Assembly: GCA_051362555.1 (NCBI GenBank)
Contig: CM120646.1
Location: forward strand, 8,184,001-8,248,000
Direction: 5' to 3'
Length of the DNA: 64,000 nucleotides
Origin: Lingula anatina
Lineage: Eukaryota > Animalia > Brachiopoda
Positions within the stretch are counted from its first letter, which is position 1, and each line of letters starts with the position of its first letter. The position numbers and the translations under genes were made by a program. The notes under the pieces are model-generated. The model was not told the DNA's origin. It saw only the letters and a program-made list of their open reading frames with translations, and searched no databases. Positions 49,325 through 58,968 of the stretch are shown piece by piece.

Positions 49325-50968
49325 TATTGCCCAGTGCGGTGTAATGTGTTATGCCTGTAATTCAGTGTAAATTCGTTAGATGTAAACGAGGACATCTGAA
49401 AATATTATCTTTCCATGCTTACGAGGCAAAGGCATCATAAAGAGGCTGTTGTAATTGAATAATATTAAGATCTAATGAAATAAAAAAAGGAGTATAAATG
49501 CAAATCGTACTTTTGTTCTTTGTCATTGCATGTGTACATCATATCTTTTAACTAGAATATCGAAAGGATAGAATGTCAGTAAATGAAAAATAACGTACCG
49601 TGCAGGGGATGAATACAAATATCATCAAAGCGTGAATCGCAGAACTACACCTCTCCCCCCCCCCCCCCCCTCCAAAAACAAAAACGCTACCGGTTTGACA
49701 AGAATAATTATGGTAAAACCATGTTGTAGTTTTAAGGTAATAAAATCGGATGTTAATCGTATATATTCCAGGGTAAAAAGATTTTATTTTAATGCATAGA
49801 TGAAATGCACAAATATTGACGGCTTTAGTCGGTCTAGTCTTTTAAAAACCGCAGAAAGTGCTAGACAAGAAGAATGGACACATAATGAGAGGAGTCTATT
49901 TGATTGACTCCAGTGCACTAAACTGTGCAGAAAGGAAGGTTGGAGGCTGTGGGAGATCATGTTGCACATTCTGTCACTTTCCTGTCATTTACCGTGTTTG
50001 TCCTAAGTTGTCACGCCCTCCAAGAGTTTACTGGAAGCTGGCGTGTGTCATAAACTTCCCCTCACCTTTGAATCTGTTTAATCATGGAACTGTTCATTGT
50101 TAGGTAATCATTTGAAACGAAAGGAGAACACTTCGTGGGTTTGAAAATCCCCAAAATGCTTTTTTGTCATCCACAACTTTTTTTAGAAGCCTTACACCTT
50201 TAATTGGTGTAACCCCTTGAGTATTTTTCTGGAGCATACATATTGTTGATATTTCCATCAGAGCTTAAGAAGTTGGTCGCAGGTTATTAAGACTAGTCAG
50301 TCATTTTAAACTAAATCAACCTTTATGAATTTAAGTAAAGGTCGAATCCAAGTGCAGAGAGGGATAAGTAAGTACGAGAAAATCCAATTTGGCAGGTAAA
50401 GCCCATGGAGTTGCCCTTTGCCGATTCAGAGCAGATTCCCTATCAATTGCTGCTCATAATGGTGACTTTTTTTGCTTTCCGTAAGGGAAAAAGTTCTTTT
50501 TCGTTTTCAGAGTCAAGTACTTGACTTATGCAGTGCTTTGTCTCAGAGAGAACTCGACCCCTCGCAGTACCGTGGGCAGAAATCGTGCAGTGACTAGAGC
50601 ATTTTATAAACAATACCTGGGAGATAAAAACCCAGCTGTTGATTTGATTTCATTTTATTTAATCAAGTATTTAATTTTTTTGTAAATTTTCCTGGAGTAG
50701 AATTTTACTTGGCAGACAGATAAACATTCCCTCGCCAGCAATGAATATTATCATAATCAGACAGTTCTTATTATCTCTAAATATAACCGTTTAAATTTAT
50801 ATATAGACAGGCGACGTGGTGACAAGTTATCAGAAACCTTTTTCTGTGGGAAGGTTTATTGTGAGGAAAATGTATAAATGCTAATGATGCGACAAGTACC
50901 AACAAACGCCTTGGGGACGCCAACGTGGTCATTTATCTCTGCGTAGACGACATTCCTCCCGTTCCAAG

Positions 50969-53377
50969 ATGAAGTATTTGCTGTTTGTGGTAGGTTCAAA
51001 TATTGTAATATCGTATGGGGTCTCCCCCTCTATTTGTTAACTTAAATTTAAAACAGTATTGGAGCACTCGTCTACGCTTTCTTTCTAACAAATTTCAAAA
51101 ACATTAATCCTTTAGTTTAAATATATCCCTTTCAGTTACTTCTGCTTGGCGCTTGCCTAGCAGCCAGCGCTGTCGAAGAGGCTGAAGGTGAAAATAGCGA
51201 TCAGTTCGTCGACGATGGTGGAGAGGAGGTTCTGGGGGATCAGCTGGAGGGCCAGGAGGTCGAAAATGATCTTTATGACAAGGTATTATTTGATGTTTTA
51301 TCTTTTAGGTAGTTATTGATACTTTGCTATACATATTTTTCTCATTTGAAGGCCCATGACTAAGAGACTAGAAAGGCAGTTTGAAATAAATATTTTTGGA
51401 TTTGGTGCTTTCTGTTTTAGAGAAAGCGTATGGGGTATTTTATTGTATTCAGAAGAGTCTTTTTTCTTTGATAACCAGCATGAATATCATTCATGTTATA
51501 TACCTGTTGAGCAATGTCATGGTTACGTTAATGTTGATACTTGCCTTGTTACCGATGCCAGAGGTGCTGCTTATATACATTTGAGTTTTGGTGACCAAAA
51601 GAGTAAAAGTCTACATGACTACAGGAGAATTAATTGTATTGTTAAATTTGTTTTGTTTGTTTCCTTTCTAATAAAAAAATATTTAACGTATATGCTTTAA
51701 TCTTATTCACTCCAGAAGCATAACAATTCTTCCTTATCAATGATTCTTTTACAAAGGTCCTGACAAACAAGTTTATTTTGTACTAACTCGACACTTGAAG
51801 AGCTGCAAATATTTCTTTCTTTGCAGAAATTCTGTTCAGCATACTGTTCGGTGAATGATCAAGGCTTCGTATGTACTAAATTATAATTATTTATATTTCA
51901 GCACGACAGATATTCTGAAGGTAACATTTTCTATTTCCTTTTACACTCTCTACTTTCACTCTATTCCTAACCCCCTGCTATTGATCTGTGGTTTCTTCTT
52001 TTATTTCTTTTAGATCCCTGTCGATATTATAACGGTCAAATTGTCACGTTCAGAGTGTTGATTAAATAAAACAAATAATTAAATTGTTTAATAAAAGTAT
52101 TATAGTATAAAGTAGTCAAAATACCTATTTTAAATTGCTGTATTTATTGAAAATTGAACTACAACGGATGGCTTCAAGATTTTTGACCTTCTTGTAGTTA
52201 TGTCTATTTATCTTTCTGTTCATCATACTTGACTTCTCTTTCCTTAATGGTGTATATGCATACATATAAAATTGCTTGAAGTTTATTTGTATTCAATTTA
52301 AGGGGTATTGTTATTAAAACCATATGATATACTCTTGGAGCGTATTCAGAACAAATTGATCCGCGAACTAAAAGATCCGACCAAATTGAAAGCTTGCCGC
52401 CTAATCCGTCGTAGGGTATTAGGGGGTAAGCTTTCATGTGCAGCCACAGGCCTATTTGATCTTCGGGTCAACTTTAGGTTGCGTATGCGGCCTAGGTATT
52501 TGTACGTGAATAATATCGCCTTTCATTATTTAATCTATGTATACATATAGACTCGTCATATCAGCAGTGCAAAACGAATAGGATTTAAAACTTTAAGATT
52601 CATTTTCATGTTCTTTCTTCAGGCTTGGATCGCCGTGGATTGGGCGACTTGCCTGCTATTGTTATTGGTAAAATTAGGCAGTTGGTAGAGGAATGTGACG
52701 CCGGTGTCGCTCTCAACAAGGGAATCGGACTTTTGTGCGCATGTGATTTGGTAAGTACGAGTATAATCTCGGCTTTTACTTGATTTATCTTAGGCAAAAT
52801 TACATTGTGATGCCAATAGCGAATAAGAATTAATGGTTCATTGCATGTTATGTAAACATTGTGGAGTAAAGGTAAAGCATGTATAAACGGCTAGTTTTGT
52901 TGAGTATTGTTACATTTTGCGTTAGACTTTTATATAACAATAAAAAAGTACAGGGAATTTTTAAAAAATCATCAATGTACCAATATGTCCGAACCAAAAC
53001 TGGTGATAAAAATTACGGTTTACTACTCGGCACCTCATCACGTGTTTAAGGGACCATTCCCACAGATATTTGGATCGATCTATCTCCTTGGGGAGTCTCA
53101 CTAAATTGCTGTCAACATGGCCGGCTTAAATGTCTAAACTCAGATTTGCCTCACATTATTTGTTTGTCTACTTGACCAGGTCTGTGAAAGCAACAGCTGC
53201 AGAAACTTCCAATGTGGTCAGTGTACGATCGGATCCTGCAGTTCAGGCCATTACTGCGCTGCTTTCCCCTTGCTCAAAACCTCTCGATGCGAACCGAAAA
53301 AAGACTGTGGAAGGGGATGCACCAGCAAACGCCAGTGTAAAAGTGGGCGTTGTCGCTTGTTTAAATGCAAATGTTAG
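50969..53377 (+). CDS. Secreted 16-Cys prepropeptide, copy B (about 170 aa; acidic propeptide)
   Basis: TATAAA at about 50873. Exons: 50969-50989 (MKYLLFV), 51136-51282 (LLLLGACLAASAVEEAEGENSDQFVDDGGEEVLGDQLEGQEVENDLYDK), 51902-51920 (HDRYSE), optional 52014-52034, 52623-52750 (GLDRRGLGDLPAIVIGKIRQLVEECDAGVALNKGIGLLCACDL), 53180-53377 (VCESNSCRNFQCGQCTIGSCSSGHYCAAFPLLKTSRCEPKKDCGRGCTSKRQCKSGRCRLFKCKC*). Intron phases and all 16 mature-region Cys match copy A. Confidence 0.85.
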
Positions 53378-53873
53378 AGAATTCGACTCACGGGACAAAA
53401 GAAAAATCCTTGAGAACCGCATAAACGGATCCCGTGATAAATTATGATACAAAAAAAGCTGATGCAGAATTATGAACTTTACTTCAATAATGTATTGTTT
53501 CACGAATTTACAGTCTAACAGCTGGATTACTTTCAATGTTCCGCTACGATGAGAACTTAATGAGAATTGTGCAAACATACCTGGACATTCTAATAAAATC
53601 TCAATCAGCAAGAGCGTTTTTCCCTGTCGTTCGCTTTACATAACTTTGCTTCATATTTCAATAGCTCTACAAACCGAACAATTTTCATACTAGTGTAGCA
53701 CACTGAATATTTTGGTATTTTTACAAACTAATAATATCTGCTGAAGTCTACCTGGACTTTACCTTTACCATAATTGTTTGAGATGTTATCACATAGCCAT
53801 TATGTAAGTTCTACATACCTCCCCCCAGAACATTGAAAACATTTACTAAAATTAAATTAATAAAGTCAATTGT

Positions 53874-55170
53874 TCAAAATCTTTCCGGCTTTTTAACTAT
53901 TCTACCGGAACGTGTTTTAATTAAAGAAGGTGAAAGACATGTCTCTGGTTTTGTTTGTGGATTCACTGTCTGATTGTGCACTGAAACCGGATTGCTATAA
54001 GCTGGTTTAAGTCTGTCAACCGAGACACGAATTGTTTGTCCATTCCTTAAAATATCAAAATATTTGTCTGAACGTGTTATGACAAGGTAAGGACCATCAT
54101 ATGGTCTAATCAATGTGCCTCGATGAGCATCATGTCTTACATATACATGTTCAGCTTGTTGTAAGTCAACCGGTACATATGTACAAATCTGCCCATGTCT
54201 AGATGGAGGAGCAGGAGCCAATTTCTGCATTGTTTGTTGAAGTTCTTGCACAAATTCATTGTTAGGAAAAAATTTGTCATCAGTTGTGTTCGGAATAAAG
54301 TCACCAGGTACTCTTAAATTTGTACCATAGGTAAGAAGTGCTGGTGATGCATCAATGTCCTCTTTCCATGTTGACCGGATACCAAGTAATACAATTGGTA
54401 ACTGGTCCATCCATCTTGCATTGTCTAAACGTGTTTTGAGGGCTTCTTTCAATCTGCGATGAAATCTTTCAACCATGCCATTGGATTGTGGATGATAGGC
54501 TGTTGTTGTGTTAGGTTGAATGCCAAGCACCTTGTTAAGCTCACGCCAAAGTTCACTTGTAAATTGTCTACCTTGGTCTGATGTGATGGAGTCTGGAACA
54601 CCAAACCTCGATATCCATGAGCATAAAAGAGCTTTGGCACAAGTAACTGCTTCTGCATTCGGTAAAGGTACAGCTTCTGGCCACCTTGTAAACCTGTCAA
54701 CAATTGTCAAAAGATATTTATTATTTTCTGAAGGAGGAAGAGGTCCAACCAAATCAACATGAATATCACCAAATCGTCTATCTGGTGGATCAAAGGTGGT
54801 TAACGGTGCTCTAGTGTGACGTCCAATTTTACTTGTTTGACAGGCATGACAAGATTTGACCCAATTACGAATGTCTTTTTTGAGTCCAGGCCACACATAA
54901 CGACTTGAAATGGCACGGATTGTTGGTTTTGTTCCAGGATGACAAAGATTGTGTATTGCCTCAAAAATGATCTTTGTCATTGAAGGTGGAACTACTGGCC
55001 GAGGTCGACTGGTAGTTGTATCACAGAGAAGCTTAACCTCACCAAAGTTGACTTCCTTTAACTTCAAAGATCCTGGATTGGTACACAGTTCAATCATCTT
55101 AGTGTCAGACTTTTGTGATGCTGCTAACTGTGTAAGGTCAATTGTCGGCATCGTATGTCCTCTGGACAGC
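53874..55170 (-). CDS. Gypsy integrase, out of frame with the upstream pol
   Basis: HHCC (H.LCHPG...CHAC), DDE core (HVDLVGP, TSDQGRQF, NGMVERFHR) and GPY motif. Confidence 0.88.
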
Positions 55171-57006
55171 TGTGGAGGCAATAAGTGGCTCATCAGTTTC
55201 CACTGGGGCTCTGGACAGAGTGTCTGGAACAATGTTATCAGTTCCACTGATATGTCGTATATCAGTTGTAAATTCAGCAATAAATGATAATTGTCTCTCT
55301 TGACGTGGTGATCTGTCAGATGTACTCTTGAACGCAAAAGTGAGAGGTTTATGATCAGTGAAAATGGTGAATGGTCTTCCCTCCAAAAAATATCTGAAAT
55401 GGCGGATGGTACTGTAAATTGCCAAAAGCTCACGGTCAAAAGTGGAGTATCGTTTCTGGGTAGGTGTGAGTTTTCTAGAAAAGAAAGCAATAGGTTTCCA
55501 CATCCCTGATTGAAACTGAGAAAGTTCTGCTCCTATTGCGGTGTCAGAAGCGTCCACTGATATCTTGGTTGCTGCCTGTGGTTCAGGGTGATGAAGCATA
55601 GTTGCAGAAGCAAGAGCCATTTTAGCATCCTGAAATGCTAATTGGCATTCAGGGGTCCACTGCAAAGTCTTGGCTCTGCCCTTGGTAGCTTCAGTAAGAG
55701 GTATTATTCGATGTGCGATTCCAGGAAGAAAACGATGGTAGAAATTCAGCATTCCCAGAAATCTTTGAAGGCCTTTTTTGTCCTTGGGTGGTGGAAAATC
55801 CGCTACTGCTTTCACTTTTTCTGCAAGTGGTTGAACTCCAGCTGCAGACACTGAATGACCTAGAAATTCAACGTCAGATTGTCCAAATACACACTTTTTC
55901 TTGTTAATAACAAGTCCATTTGTCCTTAACAGGTTGAAAACTGCTTTAAGATCCTCCTCATGTTGTTCAGGTGTGGAACTTGCTATTAGAATGTCATCAA
56001 GATACACAAAACAACAGTTAAGTTCCTGTAGGATGCCATCCATTAATCTTTGGAACGCCTGTGCTGCATTTTTAAGCCCAAAAGGCATTTTGAGGAACTC
56101 ATAAAGTCCAAAAGGTGTGATGACTGCAGTCTTAGGAATATCATGTTTGGCAACTGGTATCTGGTGATATCCCCGAATCAAATCGATCTTAGAGAATATT
56201 GTCTTGCCATTGAGTGATGAATTGAGATCTTGTATATGAGGTAGAGGATAACGATCGTCTATGGTGATGTCATTAAGCCGACGATAATCTCCACAAGGTC
56301 TCCAGCCACCATTGTTTTTCTTCACTATATGTAGAGGAGATGACCATGGTGAAGAGGAACGACGCACTATCCCCAGATTCTCCATTTCCTTGAATTCCAT
56401 TTTTGCTGCAGTGAGCTTTTCTTGGTCAAGACGACGTACTCTGGCTTTAACTGGAGATCCAACGGTTGGGATGTGATGTTCTACTCCGTGTTTATTTTCC
56501 TTAAAGGATGACACTAAGAGCTCCGGGTAGTGTTCTAATACTGCTTCGTATCTTGTGTGAACTTTGTGAATCCCTTGTTGCTGAGATCTAGTGAGGTGAG
56601 CATGAATGACTGTTTTTCCATCCAATGAGATTAACTTTCTGTTGGAAAGGTCAATGGCCAAACGATGAGTAGTGAAAAAGTCAGCACCTAGAATGGGTTG
56701 TGTGACGTCAGCTACCCAGAATTCTTGAGTGAATTTTGTTCCTTTCCCTAGTTTTAAAATCATCTTCCTTTTTCCGTAAGTAGGTATTTTTGTTCCATTT
56801 GCTGCAATAAGACTTGGGCCATTGGTTCGTTGTCGGTCAAATCGGTTAGCAGGAAAAACGGATTCTTCTGCTCCTGTATCTACAAGGAAAGTGCGCCCAG
56901 TGACAATATCAGAAACGGTGATTGTCCCCATATTGATCATAGAAATTTGTGGAGCATCAGATAGACCAGCAGTGCTCACTAATTTCTGCTGGCTTTGTCG
57001 TTTCCC
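55138..57006 (-). CDS. Gypsy Pol: aspartic protease, reverse transcriptase and RNase H
   Basis: FLVDTGA, RPCGDYRRLN, MPFGLKNA, YLDDIL, DASD...RELLA...TDHKPL. Entered from gag by a predicted -1 frameshift at G-GGA-AAC (57000-57006). Confidence 0.92.
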   Translation of the reverse strand, partial: GKRQSQQKLVSTAGLSDAPQISMINMGTITVSDIVTGRTFLVDTGAEESVFPANRFDRQRTNGPSLIAANGTKIPTYGKRKMILKLGKGTKFTQEFWVADVTQPILGADFFTTHRLAIDLSNRKLISLDGKTVIHAHLTRSQQQGIHKVHTRYEAVLEHYPELLVSSFKENKHGVEHHIPTVGSPVKARVRRLDQEKLTAAKMEFKEMENLGIVRRSSSPWSSPLHIVKKNNGGWRPCGDYRRLNDITIDDRYPLPHIQDLNSSLNGKTIFSKIDLIRGYHQIPVAKHDIPKTAVITPFGLYEFLKMPFGLKNAAQAFQRLMDGILQELNCCFVYLDDILIASSTPEQHEEDLKAVFNLLRTNGLVINKKKCVFGQSDVEFLGHSVSAAGVQPLAEKVKAVADFPPPKDKKGLQRFLGMLNFYHRFLPGIAHRIIPLTEATKGRAKTLQWTPECQLAFQDAKMALASATMLHHPEPQAATKISVDASDTAIGAELSQFQSGMWKPIAFFSRKLTPTQKRYSTFDRELLAIYSTIRHFRYFLEGRPFTIFTDHKPLTFAFKSTSDRSPRQERQLSFIAEFTTDIRHISGTDNIVPDTLSRAPVETDEPLIASTAVQRTYDADN

Positions 57007-57785
57007 TGTTGTCTTCGTGTAGACATTGGACAAGGACAACCATCGATGATTTGTTCACATTTCCTGGCTTTATGTCCGAACCATGAATGATATTTACATA
57101 ATTTGAACTTGATAGTGCCAGTGCGTTGCTGTTGAGATTTCATGGCGTTTATTTCTGTATCAGTTACTGTTGTAAGATTTTCTTCAGGCACTGTGGTAGT
57201 CACAGAAATTGAAGAAGGGGTAAGAGGGTCTACTTCTAAAATCCGATCAGCCATTTTAGCTAAGGTGTCGAGATCAACTTCTGGTGATTGTGCAAGAATC
57301 CGTCTCACTTCTGTTGGCATCTGATTGATGAATAATGTGCGAAAAAGTGTGCTTGGATCTGCATTTAAAGAGCGCATATGCATCAATAGTTCCGTAGGTC
57401 GTTTGTCTCCTAGACCATTTATATTGAGTAATGCTGTATCCTTTTGGTATTGTGTGGCTTCATAGGCTTCTAACAGTGCATGCTTTAGTGTTTCATACTT
57501 TCCTGTCTGAGGTGGTCTCTCAATTACTGACTGAACACGTCTAGAGGTTGATGAGTCCAGGAGTTGCACTACATGATGAAATTTAGTCAAGTCATTTGTA
57601 ATGGCTGGCTGGTGTGTTGCAAAGGATGATTCCAGACGTAAAAACCAAGCAGATGCGTTTGTGTTCCAAAATGGTGGTGCTTTAAATGAAACAGCTGATA
57701 TTGTTTGCACTGTAGAACCTTGATATATGTCCAGGGTTTGTTGTCTGATAGCATCTGCCAGCTGTTTAATTCCATCTGAATCCAT
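56979..57785 (-). CDS. Gypsy Gag (268 aa)
   Basis: Starts just after the PBS. KAPPFW...AWF..LE motif, LGDKRPTELL, C-terminal CKYHSWFG...C...C knuckle. Confidence 0.85.
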   Translation of the reverse strand: MDSDGIKQLADAIRQQTLDIYQGSTVQTISAVSFKAPPFWNTNASAWFLRLESSFATHQPAITNDLTKFHHVVQLLDSSTSRRVQSVIERPPQTGKYETLKHALLEAYEATQYQKDTALLNINGLGDKRPTELLMHMRSLNADPSTLFRTLFINQMPTEVRRILAQSPEVDLDTLAKMADRILEVDPLTPSSISVTTTVPEENLTTVTDTEINAMKSQQQRTGTIKFKLCKYHSWFGHKARKCEQIIDGCPCPMSTRRQQGNDKASRN

Positions 57786-58968
57786 TGATCACGTCGGGGT
57801 CACCAATGTAGCACACTGAATATTTTGGTATTTTTACAAACTAATAATATCTGCTGAAGTCTACCTGGACACCTGAAGTAAGTAACTCAAACACAAGTGA
57901 ACAATAACTAACCACTGCACTACCTGTGCAGCTCTTTATTATAGTACCAGTTATGCAAATGACCCAATGCTACAAGTCAAATAAATATGATTGGCTAGTT
58001 TACCACTGCATAACCACTGCAATGCAACACTTTACCATAATTGTTTGAGATGTTATCACATAGCCATTATGTAAGTTCTACACTAGCATTAAAATAAAAA
58101 AAACATTCAGCTAAATAATTTATTCCCCATTAAAAAGACGGAAAAAATCATGAAATGAAACGCAATTCAATTTTGATTAGATTTTTAATATGCCCCACTT
58201 TCTTTTCTTTGCTCTGCTACTTTTGTAATAAAAGAGATACGATCTCGCCTGGGTGTTAAAAATATGAGAACATAACAAAATTACTATTTGATTTACGAGT
58301 TACCCCCATTTACTAGATCTAGCAATAGACCCATGATGATAAAGCAATGATGATGACCACACTGACCACCATCACAAATGCATTAATAATTTTTGGGAAA
58401 AAATGTCACAAAATCTGCTTCAACAAATGCCAGCGACTTCCCATAAGCTGCTAACCATTCATTGATTTACAATGACAATTTAATGATGACAATTTAAGGA
58501 AGAAATGTGATACAACATCATTACATTCACTTGAAGGTCGAAGGCCCACTGATATTTATATGGCAATTTGTTTGGGGGGGGGGGGGGGGAGGTATGCAAT
58601 TTTGTGTGGTCAGTTGGTTTGCCTCCAGAACAAGTGATCATCAAAGCTTTTTATATTCACAATTTTGATGTAATTAAATTAAAAAAAAAAAGAAATTATA
58701 TCTGATCCCCAATTATGTTTGACATAAACTTTTATCCAATAAGGAGACACATAATGTACTGACTACTGTATAGTTTGTTTTAAGCAATAAGCATAAACTG
58801 AAATAAGTTAAAATTTTGCATGAAATAAATGCTAAATTTTCACCTTAGCTTTTGTCGAGTGATACTGTATCAAACAATAAATTTGAAGTTAATATGTAAG
58901 CAAGCTCAATCCTAGTTCCAAAATAAAAAGGATTCTAAGGAATAGTTTTATCAATTTCACTCAGCAAG

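Larger units (their letters stand above)
53694..58082 (-). mobile_element. Gypsy/Ty3 LTR retrotransposon, near full length
   Basis: TG...CA LTRs at 57807-58082 (5') and 53694-53815 (3', internally deleted). 4-bp TSD CTAG on both sides. PBS TGGTGACCCCGACGTGAT (tRNA-Trp) at about 57788-57805. G-rich PPT at about 53816-53827. Domain order gag, PR-RT-RH, IN. Confidence 0.96.

Noticed and set aside
53130-53611. ORFs of 105 aa (+) and 122 aa (-)
   Set aside because: They are wrong-frame or antisense readings over the last exon of Cys-rich gene B.
55171-55490. N-terminal part of the 538-aa ORF
   Set aside because: It is an alternative frame of RNase H; the real integrase sequence begins only after the frameshift near 55170.
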